Assembly: GCF_013167455.1 (NCBI RefSeq)
Contig: NZ_CP038328.1
Source of the DNA: Escherichia coli O157:H7
GTDB taxonomy: Bacteria; Pseudomonadota; Gammaproteobacteria; Enterobacterales; Enterobacteriaceae
Reading direction: 5' to 3' (one strand)
Length of the DNA: 64,000 bases
Shown: positions 1 through 12,771 of the stretch, in pieces
Layout: each line of letters opens with the position of its first letter
Numbering within the stretch: position 1 is the stretch's first letter
The notes under the pieces: model-generated
The model's database searches: none
The model's input: the letters and a program-made list of their open reading frames with translations, nothing else
Told to the model about the DNA's origin: nothing
Translations under genes and position numbers: made by a program

Positions 1-215
1 TTACCGGTTTTAGCCAGTGCACCCGCCGCCAGCGGCAGCTCATAGGCACCAGGCACCCAAACAACGGTAATGTTTTCATCTTTTACCTGACCGATACGTT
101 TCAGTGCATCAATTGCACCTTCCAGCAGGCTGTCATTGATAAAGTTGTTGAAACGCGCGATGGTGATGGCGACGCGAGCGTCCGGGGTAGCAACGTTAGC
201 TTCAATAATGTTCAT
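1..215 (-). CDS. ribE: 6,7-dimethyl-8-ribityllumazine synthase, N-terminal part only (gene continues past window start)
   Basis: Reverse-strand translation from ATG at 213-215 reads [27 protein letters not shown]..., matching lumazine synthase; lies downstream of ribD as in the nrdR-ribD-ribE operon. Confidence 0.9.
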
Positions 216-303
216 TTTCTTCCTTCGGGTTCGAGTATGGCCCCGCAGGGGGGCGGATTTTAGCATAATATTTCGTGCGCTGCTTCCCTTTCGAGCCGGG
301 AGA

Positions 304-1407
304 TCATGCACCCACTAAATGCAGGCAAACATCCGGGCCTACATGACGTATCTCTTTGAATTTAAATTGGGGGGCGTCAGCTAATTTCTCAAGCCCTGGC
401 AGTGTGCATAATCCACGGGCGTCGCTGCCTAATAGTTTAGGTGCGATATAGACAATCAGCTCATCGACTAACCCCGCCTGCAGCAATGCGCCAGCGAGCG
501 TTGGCCCCGCTTCCACCCAGATGCTGTTAATCTGCTGTTTACCCAGTTGCATCATCAGTACAACCAGATCCAGATGACCTTTATGCTCTGGAATCAGCAA
601 GGTACGCACCGTTTCCGGCCACTCACGAGAATCTTCCTGCGTACGCGCGAACCAGGTTTCGCCGGGCTGCTGCACAATGTGATGTTCCGGCGTCACGCGA
701 TTTTGGCTATCAATCACAATACGTACCGGCTGGCGGAGATGATGTTGCGGGTAGAGCGCCTGAGTTTGTACATCCAGTTCAGACCAACGCACCGTTAAGG
801 CAGGATCATCCGCCAGCACCGTAGCGCTGCTGGTTAAAATGGCATGACTTTGTGCGCGCAGTCGTTGTACGTCGCGCCGCGCCTGAGGCGAAGTGATCCA
901 CTGGCTTTCGCCGCTCGCCATCGCCGTGCGGCCATCAAGCGATGCGCCAAGTTTTAACTGAATATAAGGAAAGCCGGTGCGCATCCGCTTGAGAAAGCCT
1001 TTATTCAATTGCTCGGCTTCACTCATCATCAGGCCGTGGCTGACGTCAATGCCAGCCTGTTGCAGACGGTAAAGTCCACGCCCAGCGACCTGCGGGTTCG
1101 GGTCCTGCATCGCAGCGACCACGCGCGCTACGCCAGCGGCGATGAGTGCGTCACAGCACGGTGGCGTACGACCATGATGGCTACAGGGTTCGAGTGTGAC
1201 ATAGGCGGTCGCACCTTTGGCTTTTTCACCCGCCATACGCAACGCGTGTACTTCGGCATGTGGTTCACCCGCTCGTTGGTGGTAACCTTCACCGACAATT
1301 TCGCCATCTTTGACAATGACGCACCCGACATTCGGGTTGGGGTGGGTGGTAAAACGTCCTCGTTGCGCCAGCTTTAGCGCCCGCGCCATGTAATACTCGT
1401 CCTGCAC
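304..1407 (-). CDS. ribD: bifunctional riboflavin biosynthesis deaminase/reductase
   Basis: 367-aa ORF; deaminase zinc motifs (HAE...PCxxC) and reductase domain; synteny. Confidence 0.95.
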
Positions 1408-1410
1408 GGC

Positions 1411-1896
<486 letters not shown>

Positions 1897-2010
1897 TTAC
1901 CCTGAACTGACGATACAACAAAGGCGCAACGCTTTTGAGATAAAGGATCGATGCTTTCGCTGCTTTTACCCTCTACCATTAGGCTAATTGCGACGAGAAA
2001 GGGACGACCT

Positions 2011-2550
2011 ATGAATATTAACGTTTTTCGACTGATCCTGCTGGGAAGCCTATTCAGCCTTAGCGCCTGTGTGCAGCAAAGTGAAGTGCGACAGATGAAA
2101 CACAGCGTCAGCACGCTGAACCAGGAGATGACGCAACTCAATCAAGAAACAGTCAAAATCACTCAGCAAAACAGGCTGAATGCAAAATCCAGCAGTGGGG
2201 TTTACCTTCTGCCTGGAGCGAAAACACCGGCAAGACTGGAAAGCCAGATCGGTACTTTACGTATGTCGCTGGTGAATATTACGCCTGATACAGATGGCAC
2301 CACCCTGACACTACGTATTCAGGGTGAGTCGAATGATCCCTTGCCCGCATTCAGCGGAACTGTTGAATATGGGCAAATTCAGGGAACAATAGACAACTTT
2401 CAGGAAATCAATGTACAGAATCAATTGATTAATGCCCCTGCCAGCGTCCTCGCCCCCAGCGATGTTGATATTCCGTTACAGTTAAAGGGGATTTCTGTGG
2501 ATCAGTTAGGCTTTGTACGTATCCACGACATTCAACCTGTTATGCAGTAA
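2011..2550 (+). CDS. yajI: lipoprotein YajI
   Basis: Start MNINVFRLILLGSLFSLSAC with lipobox; 179 aa; position between nrdR and tsx. Confidence 0.85.
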   Translation: MNINVFRLILLGSLFSLSACVQQSEVRQMKHSVSTLNQEMTQLNQETVKITQQNRLNAKSSSGVYLLPGAKTPARLESQIGTLRMSLVNITPDTDGTTLTLRIQGESNDPLPAFSGTVEYGQIQGTIDNFQEINVQNQLINAPASVLAPSDVDIPLQLKGISVDQLGFVRIHDIQPVMQ

Positions 2551-2848
2551 ACTTATAGCGGGGCGATTTTGTGCGTCCCGCAACATCCTTCCCCATCATT
2601 TTGTTACTCCGCTTACATAACCCAGATTGATAGTAAAAGTTTGCAACAAGGGCGAAAGTCAGTACAATCCCCGCCCGAATGTGTGTAAACGTGAACGCAA
2701 TCGATTACGTAAATGATAGAACTGTGAAACGAAACATATTTTTGTGAGCAATGATTTTTATAATAGGCTCCTCTGTATACGAAATATTTAGAAACGCAAT
2801 TTGCGCCTTTTTCACTCCCGCAAGGGATTTTCAAACAGTGGCATACAT

Positions 2849-3733
2849 ATGAAAAAAACATTACTGGCAGCCGGTGCGGTACTGGCGCTCTCTTCGTCTT
2901 TTACTGTCAACGCAGCTGAAAACGACAAACCGCAGTATCTTTCCGACTGGTGGCACCAGAGCGTTAACGTTGTCGGAAGCTATCACACCCGTTTCGGACC
3001 GCAGATCCGCAACGATACCTACCTTGAGTACGAAGCATTCGCTAAAAAAGACTGGTTCGACTTCTATGGTTATGCGGATGCGCCGGTATTCTTCGGCGGT
3101 AACTCCGATGCAAAAGGTATCTGGAACCACGGTTCTCCTCTGTTTATGGAAATCGAACCACGTTTCTCCATCGACAAGCTGACCAATACTGACCTTAGCT
3201 TCGGTCCGTTCAAAGAGTGGTACTTCGCGAACAACTACATTTACGACATGGGTCGTAATAAAGATGGTCGCCAGAGCACCTGGTACATGGGTCTGGGTAC
3301 CGATATCGACACTGGCCTGCCGATGAGCCTGTCCATGAACGTCTATGCGAAATACCAGTGGCAGAACTATGGCGCAGCGAACGAAAACGAGTGGGACGGT
3401 TACCGTTTCAAAATTAAATACTTTGTGCCGATTACCGATCTGTGGGGCGGTCAGCTGAGCTACATCGGCTTCACCAACTTCGACTGGGGTTCCGATTTAG
3501 GGGATGACAGCGGTAACGCAATCAACGGTATTAAGACCCGTACTAATAACTCTATCGCTTCCAGCCATATTCTGGCTCTGAACTACGATCACTGGCACTA
3601 CTCTGTCGTAGCTCGTTACTGGCACGACGGTGGTCAGTGGAACGACGATGCAGAACTGAACTTCGGCAACGGCAACTTCAACGTTCGCTCTACCGGCTGG
3701 GGTGGTTACCTGGTAGTAGGTTACAACTTCTGA
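2849..3733 (+). CDS. tsx: nucleoside-specific outer-membrane channel Tsx (phage T6 / colicin K receptor)
   Basis: 294 aa from [22 protein letters not shown] signal peptide; aromatic-rich beta-barrel ending ...GYLVVGYNF. Confidence 0.95.
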
Positions 3734-3743
3734 TTATGAAAAT

Positions 3744-3762
3744 GCCGGGATTTATTCCCGGC
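3744..3762 (+). terminator. stem-loop immediately after tsx stop (gccggga tttat tcccggc)
   Basis: Perfect 7-bp inverted repeat 10 nt after the stop codon; weak T-tract. Confidence 0.5.
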
Positions 3763-3796
3763 ATTTCAGATTGTTAACAACGTACGCTTTGTTCAT

Positions 3797-3894
3797 GCCG
3801 GATGCGGCGTAAACGCTTTGTCCGGCCCACAAAAGCACGTAAATTCAATATATTGCTGAAATAACGTAGGCCTGATAAGCGTAGCGCATCAGGC
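3797..3894. repeat. REP/BIME-type extragenic palindromic repeats (two units)
   Basis: gccggatgcggcgtaaacgctttgtccggcc and taggcctgataagcgtagcgcatcaggca match the E. coli REP family. Confidence 0.8.
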
Positions 3895-3909
3895 AATTTT
3901 ACGTTTTAA

Positions 3910-4257
3910 TCACTTCTTCTTGTTCATCATCGCTTTCAGGTCAGCGAATGGGTTGTACTTCGCTTCACCGACATCTTTCTGCGCATCTTCCCCTGCGATA
4001 ACGGTCGTACCATACTGATCCGCTTCGGTATATTTCGAATGCTCATGATCGTGGCAATAGAGACAAAGCAATTCCCAGTTACTGCCATCTTCCGGGTTAT
4101 TGGTATGGTCGTGATCAATGTGGTGAACGGTAAGTTCACGCAGGTTGGAATAAACAAACTCGCGGGAACAGCGACCGCAGACCCACGGATAGATTTTTAA
4201 TGCTTTTTCGCGATAGCCGCTTTCTAACCGCGCATAGTTTTTTGGGATGATAGCCAT
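3910..4257 (-). CDS. yajD: HNH nuclease-family protein YajD
   Basis: 115 aa; His/Cys-rich HNH-like motif (HHIDHDHTNN...CLYCHDHEH); synteny next to tsx. Confidence 0.85.
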   Translation of the reverse strand: MAIIPKNYARLESGYREKALKIYPWVCGRCSREFVYSNLRELTVHHIDHDHTNNPEDGSNWELLCLYCHDHEHSKYTEADQYGTTVIAGEDAQKDVGEAKYNPFADLKAMMNKKK

Positions 4258-4344
4258 GAAAAGTTACCTGGATGAAATGTAGGGTTACGCGCAGTTTCCC
4301 AAGATGCGGGGATTTTCGCAATCCTGAGTCAAGAAATTCTCACA

Positions 4345-4626
4345 TTACCAGTGACGGCGAGGTTCCATCAACTGATGAAGAATGCGCGCAATGAGAATGT
4401 CATCGACTCTTATAACGTAATAAACAGTGTGAAACCTAAATGCGATCTTCTTTACCTCTGGAATCGCATCATAGTCTTGCCCTATCTCGGGCATTTGAGA
4501 GAGTGTATCCAGAAAAGTGCCGAGAGAGTCGGTATAGCGATCCGCCTGCTCATCACCAAACTTTCCCAGCGTGTAGTCATAGATCCCTCTGAAATCTTCA
4601 ACAGCTTTTCCGCTAAGCTTATACAC
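4345..4626 (-). CDS. ParE/RelE-superfamily toxin (type II TA toxin)
   Basis: Small basic protein ending ...YYVIRVDDILIARILHQLMEPRRHW, typical of ParE C-termini; likely start is GTG at 4624-4626 (MYKLSGKAVEDF...), 2 nt after the antitoxin stop; the track's longer ORF begins at 4659. Confidence 0.7.
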   Translation of the reverse strand: MYKLSGKAVEDFRGIYDYTLGKFGDEQADRYTDSLGTFLDTLSQMPEIGQDYDAIPEVKKIAFRFHTVYYVIRVDDILIARILHQLMEPRRHW

Positions 4627-4861
4627 GATGTTTTTGCTTCCTTTCTGCTGCGATATCACGAAGCGTCATCGAACTTTCACCGCTCTCAAGACCTTCAATA
4701 ACAGCATTTCTGACAGCTTCATCCCTGGATTCTTGTTGTTCCAATAGACGAAGTGCCGAACGCATTACTTCACTGGCCGAGCCATAACGACCAGACTGGA
4801 CCATCCGGGTAATAAAACTATCTAATTGTTCGCCAACGCTTACTGAGGTAATTTTGCGCAT
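4619..4861 (-). CDS. ParD-like ribbon-helix-helix antitoxin
   Basis: 80 aa; motif GRYGSASEVMRSALRLLEQ typical of ParD/COG3609 antitoxins; directly upstream of the ParE-like ORF. Confidence 0.7.
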   Translation of the reverse strand: MRKITSVSVGEQLDSFITRMVQSGRYGSASEVMRSALRLLEQQESRDEAVRNAVIEGLESGESSMTLRDIAAERKQKHRV

Positions 4862-4875
4862 AAGCGATCTCCACG

Positions 4876-4890
4876 TATTAACTATTAATA
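4876..4890. promoter_or_regulatory. inverted repeat TATTAA-cta-TTAATA upstream of the ParD-like gene (candidate autorepression operator)
   Basis: Perfect 6-bp arms next to a TATACT -10-like hexamer on the coding strand; RHH antitoxins typically bind palindromes in their own promoter. Confidence 0.35.
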
Positions 4891-4951
4891 CAAAGTATAT
4901 GTCAGAACGCTTTCTACAACCAAACCGTATTCAGTTGCCTGTGAAACAGGC

Positions 4952-4989
4952 AAAAAAAAACCGCAGCGCAAATACGCCACGGTTTTTTT
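4952..4989 (-). terminator. rho-independent terminator downstream of secF
   Basis: A9 - ccgcagcg/cgccacgg stem (with G-U wobbles) - T7; reads as stem plus U-tract on the minus strand. Confidence 0.6.
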
Positions 4990-5012
4990 AACAGAACGGA
5001 TTTAAAACACCA

Positions 5013-5984
5013 TTACGGCAGAATTGACGGCTGATCCGCCCCTTCTTTTTCCACTTTCTGCTGCAACATGTGTTCGCGCTTCATACCCAGTTTCAGAGCC
5101 AACGCAGATGCCACATAGATGGAAGATGCAGTACCGATGGAAACACCGATAAGCATGGTCAGCGAGAAGCCTTCCAGTACCGGACCACCGAAGAGATACA
5201 GCATCAGGATAACCATCAAGGTAGTACCGGATGTGATCAAGGTACGGTGCAGCGTCTGGGTCAAGGACACGTTAAAGATTTCGTAAGGCGTACCGCGACG
5301 GATCTTGCGGAAGTTTTCACGAATTCGGTCCGATACCACGATACTGTCGTTAAGCGAGTAACCGATAACCGACATCAACGATGCCACAATGGTCAGGTCA
5401 ATCTCGATATGGAATAACGACAAAATACCCAGCGTAATGATAACGTCGTGCGCCAGCGCAATAACCACCCCTGCCGCCAGTCGCCACTCAAAGCGGAAAC
5501 CTACGTACACGAGGATAGACAGCAGCGCTGCCATCAACGCCATCGCACCGGTTTGCGCAAGGTCTGCCCCCACGCTCGGACCGACGAACTCAATACGCTT
5601 CACTGCTGCATTCTGATTGGTGGATTCGTTAATCACCTTCAGAACCTGGCTGCCCAGCACCTGACCGCCGGTTTCGCCTTCAGCAGGCGGCATACGGACC
5701 ATGATGTCGTGGCTGCTACCAAAGTTTTGCAGCATCGGCTCTTCAAAACCGGCTTTTTGCAATGCATCACGCATTACGTCAATTTCAGCCGGTTTTTCGA
5801 GCGTAATTTCGATAACCGTACCACCGGTGAAATCCAGCCCCCAGTTAAAGCCGCGCACGCCCATAATAACGATAGCAGCGATTAACAGCAGACCAGAGAT
5901 GCCAAAAGCCCAGTAGTCCCAGCGCATAAAGTCATAGACTTTACGGCCGTGGTTTAGTTGTTCAACAGTATATTCCTGTGCCAC
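5013..5984 (-). CDS. secF: protein translocase subunit SecF
   Basis: GTG start giving (M)[28 protein letters not shown]...; 323 aa; follows secD. Confidence 0.95.
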
Positions 5985-5994
5985 ATCGCACTCC

Positions 5995-7842
5995 TCAGAT
6001 TGACAGCTTCTTGACGCGCTTGCCGCCATATAGCAGGTTTACGATGGCACGCGTACCGACAATCGCGGTAAACATCGACGTCGCCACACCGATACCGGTA
6101 GTAATCGCGAACCCTTTAATTGCCCCGGTACCCACTGCGTACAGGATGATGACTTTAATCAGCGTGGTGATGTTCGCATCGAAGATAGAACTGAATGCGC
6201 CACGATAACCTTCATCAATTGCCTGTTGAACAGTACGTCCGTTGCTCAACTCTTCTTTAATACGTTCGTTGATCAGTACGTTCGCATCGACCGCTACCGC
6301 AAGGGTTAAGACGATACCCGCGATACCTGGCATACTCAGTGTTGCGCCTGGCAACAGCGACATAATACCGACGATCAAGATCAAGTTGGCAATCAGAGCA
6401 CTGGTCGCAATCAGACCAAACTTCTTATAGAAGATGATCATGAACAGAATAGAAACCAGCAGACCGGCAAGGCAAGCCTCCAGCCCCTGCTCAATGTTCT
6501 GCATACCCAGGGTCGGGCCAATTGTACGTTCTTCAACAATCTGAATCGGCGCGATCAACGCACCGGCACGCAGCAGCAGTGACAGCTGACGGGCTTCGTT
6601 CGGGTTGTTGATGCCGGTGATACGGAAGCTGTTACCCAGACGAGACTGGATGTTGGCGATGTTAATCACCTCTTCCTGTTTCACCAGAACCGCACGACCA
6701 TTTGCATCTTTCTTACCGCTGTCTTTGTACTCCACAAACAGGGTTGCCATCGGTTTGCCGATGTTGTCCTTGGTGAAGTTAGACATAATGTTGCCACCAG
6801 CGCTATCGAGCGAGATGTTAACCTGCGGCTGGTTGTATTCGTCCTGGCTGGAAGTGGAGTCGGTGATATGGTCACCGGTAAGAATTACGCGTTTGTACAG
6901 CACAACCGGCTGACCTTCGCGGGTCTGTTTCACTTCAGAGTCGCCCGGTACGCGACCGGATGCCGCAGCGGCCTGATCAACGTTGGTGTTTACCAGACGG
7001 AATTCCAGCGTTGCCGTCGCACCCAGAATCTCTTTCGCACGCGCAGTGTCCTGAATACCTGGCAGTTCAACAACGATACGGTCAGCACCCTGACGCTGAA
7101 CCACCGGCTCCGCCACGCCAAGTTGGTTTACACGGTTACGCAGGATATTGATGTTCTGCTGCACCGCATATTCACGCGCTTCACTCAGACGAGCATCGCT
7201 CATTACCGCACGCAGCTGGTTGCTGCCCTGACTGCTAATCACCAGGTCCGGATGACGCTTGCTCAGATACGCAATGGCTTCATCACGAGCTTTAGCATCG
7301 CGGAAAGTGATGCTCAGGCCGTAGTTATTTTCTTTACGAACGGTGGTATACGGGATGCCTTTTTCGCGCAGGTCGCTGCGCAGGCTATCGATATTTTGTT
7401 CCTGGAGTTTGCCAAGCGCGGTGTCCATATCCACTTCCATCAGGAAGTGAACGCCGCCACGCAGGTCAAGGCCGAGCTTCATCGGCTCAGCGTGAATAGC
7501 TGCCAGCCAGCGCGGCGTTGCCGGGGCAAGGTTAAGCGCCACGACGTATTTGTCACCCATAACGCCCATTAATGCTTCACGAGCGCGCAGCTGGGTGTCA
7601 GTGGAGTCGAAGCGCGCAAGAATAGCGCCCTCTTCCAGTGCCACAGACTTAGCAGTTATTTTTTCTTCTTGTAACGTTTTCTGGACCTGGATCAGCGTTT
7701 GCTCACTGGCGGCGACTCCGCGCGCACCAGTGATCTGAACAGCCGGATCCTCACCAAACAGGTTGGGAAGCGCATACAGCAGACCGATGACAATCACCAC
7801 GATCAGCATGACGTACTTCCACAAAGGATAACGGTTTAACAC
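5995..7842 (-). CDS. secD: protein translocase subunit SecD
   Basis: 615 aa, [30 protein letters not shown]...; large periplasmic domain plus 6 TM segments. Confidence 0.95.
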   Translation of the reverse strand: MLNRYPLWKYVMLIVVIVIGLLYALPNLFGEDPAVQITGARGVAASEQTLIQVQKTLQEEKITAKSVALEEGAILARFDSTDTQLRAREALMGVMGDKYVVALNLAPATPRWLAAIHAEPMKLGLDLRGGVHFLMEVDMDTALGKLQEQNIDSLRSDLREKGIPYTTVRKENNYGLSITFRDAKARDEAIAYLSKRHPDLVISSQGSNQLRAVMSDARLSEAREYAVQQNINILRNRVNQLGVAEPVVQRQGADRIVVELPGIQDTARAKEILGATATLEFRLVNTNVDQAAAASGRVPGDSEVKQTREGQPVVLYKRVILTGDHITDSTSSQDEYNQPQVNISLDSAGGNIMSNFTKDNIGKPMATLFVEYKDSGKKDANGRAVLVKQEEVINIANIQSRLGNSFRITGINNPNEARQLSLLLRAGALIAPIQIVEERTIGPTLGMQNIEQGLEACLAGLLVSILFMIIFYKKFGLIATSALIANLILIVGIMSLLPGATLSMPGIAGIVLTLAVAVDANVLINERIKEELSNGRTVQQAIDEGYRGAFSSIFDANITTLIKVIILYAVGTGAIKGFAITTGIGVATSMFTAIVGTRAIVNLLYGGKRVKKLSI

Positions 7843-7869
7843 GGCAATTCCCTTAGGGAAAAATTTTAA

Positions 7870-8202
7870 TTACAGCGCCTTCATGGTGCCTTTCGGCAGG
7901 ACGGCAGCTACGAAGTCACGTTTAATAACTACTTCAGTGGTGTCATTCAGCGCGATAGCAATGTAGCCGTTTTCCGCTACTTTGGTTACGCGACCAACCA
8001 GGCCACCGTTCGTCAGAACTTCATCACCTTTGGCAATGGAGTCCATCAGCTTTTTGTGTTCTTTGGTGCGCTTCTGCTGTGGACGCAGGATCATGAAATA
8101 GAAAATCAGACCGAATACCACCAGCATCAAAATCAAAGACATCGGGCTACCTTGCGCCGGTGCACCCGTTGCCGCTACCGCATCAGAAATAAAAAAGCTC
8201 AT
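7870..8202 (-). CDS. yajC: Sec translocon accessory subunit YajC
   Basis: 110 aa from MSFFISDAVAATGAP...; synteny yajC-secD-secF. Confidence 0.95.
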   Translation of the reverse strand: MSFFISDAVAATGAPAQGSPMSLILMLVVFGLIFYFMILRPQQKRTKEHKKLMDSIAKGDEVLTNGGLVGRVTKVAENGYIAIALNDTTEVVIKRDFVAAVLPKGTMKAL

Positions 8203-8224
8203 TAAATTTCCCTCATTATTAATA

Positions 8225-9367
<1,143 letters not shown>

Positions 9368-9406
9368 TCAGAAAAACAGTCCAACGTTTAAACCAGCGCC
9401 GCGGAA

Positions 9407-10477
9407 TTACTCCCCGACGCGCTCATTAATTGCCTGCGGATTGTACGTGATAAACATCGCATCACCGTAACTAAAAAAGCGATATTTCTCTTCTACCGCC
9501 GCTTTATAGGCATTCATTGTGTGTTGATAACCGGCAAAGGCCGAAACCAGCATAATCAGCGTCGATTCCGGAAGGTGGAAGTTTGTCACCAGCGCATCGA
9601 CCACTTTGTACTGGAAGCCCGGATAGATAAAGATTTGGGTATCGTCAAAGAACGGTTCGATGAGATCGTTTTTCGCCGCCTGAGCCGCGCTTTCCAGCGA
9701 ACGTACTGAGGTGGTGCCAACCGCAATCACCCGGTTACCGCGCGCTTTCGCCGCCAGTACCGCGTCTACCACATCCTGCGGTACTTCAGCGTATTCCGAG
9801 TGCATGATGTGATCTTCAATGGTGTCGACGCGTACCGGCTGGAAGGTGCCCGCACCAACGTGCAGGGTGACGAACGCCATCTCCACGCCTTTGGCGCGTA
9901 ATTTTTCCAGCAAAGGTTCGTCAAAATGCAGACCAGCGGTCGGGGCTGCAACCGCGCCCGGTTTTTCGCTATAAACGGTTTGATAAAGTTCGCGGTCAGC
10001 GTCTTCGTCCGGACGGTCGATATACGGCGGCAGCGGCATATGGCCGATGCTGTTGAGAATATCCAGCACCGAGCGTTCATCATTAAATTCGACTTCAAAC
10101 AGTGCGCCGTGGCGCGCGGTCATTGTTGCGTTAATACTTTCGTCATCGCCCAGCAGCAGTTCTGCGCCAGGTTTTGGCGCTTTCGAGGCGCGAATATGCG
10201 CAAGAATGCGTTTGTCGTCGAGCATCCGTTCAACCAGCACTTCAATCTTGCCGCCGCTGGCTTTACGCCCAAACAGGCGCGCCGGGATCACCCGGGTATT
10301 ATTAAAAACCAGAAGATCGCCGGGGTTGAGCTTATCGAGTAAATCGGTGAAAGTACCGTGCGTCAGCGCGCCCGTCGGCCCGTCCAGCGACAGTAAACGA
10401 CAGCTACTGCGTTCAGGCATCGGATAGTGGGCAATCAGGGATTCGGGCAATTCAAAGGAGAAATCGGTAACGCGCAT
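9407..10477 (-). CDS. queA: S-adenosylmethionine:tRNA ribosyltransferase-isomerase
   Basis: 356 aa [19 protein letters not shown]... Confidence 0.95.
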
Positions 10478-10569
10478 GACACTGACTCAGACTAAAATAA
10501 GAGGCGGGTAGTCTAGTGCCGGGGCGCTCTCCCTGCAACCTTTACCCCCCTTTGGATAGAATATAATCG

Positions 10570-11151
10570 ATGAATTTTTTAGCTCACCTGCATTTAGCCC
10601 ATCTCGCGGAAAGCTCGCTTTCCGGCAATTTGCTGGCTGATTTCGTACGCGGAAATCCTGAAGAAAGTTTTCCGCCCGACGTCGTGGCTGGCATTCATAT
10701 GCATCGACGTATCGACGTATTGACTGACAATCTGCCGGAAGTCCGCGAAGCACGGGAGTGGTTTCGTAGTGAAACTCGCCGCGTTGCGCCTATTACGCTG
10801 GATGTCATGTGGGATCACTTTCTTTCCCGTCACTGGTCGCAGCTGTCGCCGGACTTTCCGCTACAGGAATTTGTTTGTTATGCCCGCGAGCAAGTGATGA
10901 CAATTTTGCCGGACTCACCGCCACGCTTTATCAACCTGAACAACTACTTATGGTCAGAGCAGTGGCTGGTGCGCTATCGCGATATGGATTTCATCCAGAA
11001 CGTGTTAAACGGCATGGCAAGCCGTCGCCCACGTCTGGATGCCCTGCGTGACTCCTGGTACGATTTAGACGCCCATTATGCCGCCCTCGAAACCCGCTTC
11101 TGGCAGTTTTATCCACGGATGATGGCGCAGGCGTCACGCAAGGCGCTCTGA
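10570..11151 (+). CDS. acpH: acyl carrier protein phosphodiesterase
   Basis: 193 aa [28 protein letters not shown]... Confidence 0.9.
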   Translation: MNFLAHLHLAHLAESSLSGNLLADFVRGNPEESFPPDVVAGIHMHRRIDVLTDNLPEVREAREWFRSETRRVAPITLDVMWDHFLSRHWSQLSPDFPLQEFVCYAREQVMTILPDSPPRFINLNNYLWSEQWLVRYRDMDFIQNVLNGMASRRPRLDALRDSWYDLDAHYAALETRFWQFYPRMMAQASRKAL

Positions 11152-11171
11152 AACTTCAAACTCCGGCGTCA

Positions 11172-12617
11172 CTATTTTTTAGCATTCGCATCCAGCGGGG
11201 CGGCATAACAACGGTAAGAAAAACATTCGCTGGAATGATTGGCGATATCTTTAAAGTTGCTTTCAGCAACCCCCTCGAACATGAGTACCGTTCTGGACAA
11301 CTCTCCGTTTTCATTTATATGTGGAAAATCAAATTGGCTACTGAATCGCCATACATCTGTCTTTTCTGGCTCGCTCTTCACAGAGATATGTCGATGGAGG
11401 ACCCCTCCTGTAAACGTGCGCCAGAACAATTGTTGATCAAAATCTTGTAATATCGCAGACTTGGATGCTATTTGACGTAGTAAACCTGCATACCGTGGAC
11501 TGCCATTACGAGCAACATTATGCAAACCCTGACTAAAAGCATCAAACAAACAATAGATGTGATCACTAGTGAAAAAAGGTCTTAATTTTTTTTGTTCTTC
11601 ATCGCTGTAATCCAGGAGCATCTCATTGATTTCTTCCGGTGAGAATTTTAAGACAAAATTATCCTCAGAATTTGTTTGTTTCTTGTTTTTTTCAATATTC
11701 TTCTCCTCAATGCTCTTCGCATTTTGTTTCGCAATTATTTCCGCAGTTTTTTTCGCAATTTCTTCCGCAATTTTTTCCCGAGTTATTGATTTTAGACTAA
11801 CACCATCGATGTCAACCGGTGTTGTTTTCAGATCTCTCTGCGCGTCTTCCAAATTTGTCTTATAGAGTTTGTGCAGTTTATCGGCAGATACGTATCCGGA
11901 TGAAGAAATCTGGTGTGTACGCATGGGGGGCTGTTCACAAAGCATCGAGGCTATATCGTCTTTAAACTCTTTTACATTAAAGTTCTCGGCTTTAACCTTC
12001 CTTGTTATAAACCCCGCATCGGCAATTTTCTTCTCTAATTGTTTTGTACGTTTAGAATAATAAGCGTTGTTATCATAAAACTTTTCAAGAAGGGCCCACT
12101 CCTCAAGTTGCCTTATGTGATTTTTCAACTGTTGATGATCTATTTTATATTCATGTGTACTAGAATCATTTTGGTTGCAGGAGTTACAGATTTTTAAGCA
12201 TAATTTTCCATCAGATTTATCATCTATGGTATCAGTGAAAATATAGGACACTTCAATACTCTGCCCGTTCTTATCAGTCATCTCATATGACCATTGTCCC
12301 GTTCGTTTCGCATTCTTAATGACTTCGATCGACTCTACAGGACAACCATGAAGAATGGGCAGAATTTTATCAGGATGCTTAATGAGTAAAATTATTATAT
12401 TTACAATGTTTGAAAAGAAATTTTTGCTATTTTTTATTTCATCGATTTTTTCCGCTGAAATGTTTACTAAGTTTTCATTTCCGGAAATGAAAAGCGATTT
12501 GCCATAGGTGCTTTTTTTAAATTGTTCTTCTGTTTTAGAAAAGACATCCTCTTTAAAAGGTGGCAACTCAGTACCAGTAATAAACGGTTTCAATAAATTC
12601 GAATTTGAAATTGTCAT
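11172..12617 (-). CDS. hypothetical protein, 481 aa, low-GC orphan gene (function unknown)
   Basis: Long ORF with a good SD (GGAG 7 nt before the ATG); AT-rich codon usage unlike its neighbours; Lys/Glu-rich coiled-coil-like internal repeat (AEEIAKKTAEIIAKQNAKSIEEKNIEKNKK); Cys/His-containing C-terminal region; no recognisable catalytic motif. Confidence 0.6.
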   Translation of the reverse strand: MTISNSNLLKPFITGTELPPFKEDVFSKTEEQFKKSTYGKSLFISGNENLVNISAEKIDEIKNSKNFFSNIVNIIILLIKHPDKILPILHGCPVESIEVIKNAKRTGQWSYEMTDKNGQSIEVSYIFTDTIDDKSDGKLCLKICNSCNQNDSSTHEYKIDHQQLKNHIRQLEEWALLEKFYDNNAYYSKRTKQLEKKIADAGFITRKVKAENFNVKEFKDDIASMLCEQPPMRTHQISSSGYVSADKLHKLYKTNLEDAQRDLKTTPVDIDGVSLKSITREKIAEEIAKKTAEIIAKQNAKSIEEKNIEKNKKQTNSEDNFVLKFSPEEINEMLLDYSDEEQKKLRPFFTSDHIYCLFDAFSQGLHNVARNGSPRYAGLLRQIASKSAILQDFDQQLFWRTFTGGVLHRHISVKSEPEKTDVWRFSSQFDFPHINENGELSRTVLMFEGVAESNFKDIANHSSECFSYRCYAAPLDANAKK

Positions 12618-12723
12618 ATCTTTGCTCCACTACAGGGTTATCCTGGAGCATGTTGTACATAACATCATGGGCAAACAATACCAAAAATCGCTCATATCGA
12701 TCGGGACAAATATTTAACAAATT

Positions 12724-12771
12724 CAGCCCTGACATTGAGCAGCTTTTTTGCGCTGCGTAGTGTCAGGGCTG
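12724..12771. terminator. large inverted repeat (cagccctgaca ... tgtcagggctg) downstream of malZ
   Basis: 11-bp perfect arms with a short nested stem and T-tract in the loop; lies between malZ stop and the 481-aa gene start. Confidence 0.4.

Noticed and set aside
136-318. 60-aa plus-strand ORF at the window start
   Set aside because: It overlaps the ribE start and ribD stop on the opposite strand and has no homology signal; treated as spurious.
3910-4257. yajD HNH nuclease as part of a mobile or defence element with the adjacent TA pair
   Set aside because: yajD is a conserved core gene at this position next to tsx in K-12; its adjacency to the TA insertion appears coincidental.
6868-7572. 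234-aa plus-strand ORF inside secD
   Set aside because: Antisense to secD, whose 615-aa product matches SecD end to end; no independent evidence of coding.
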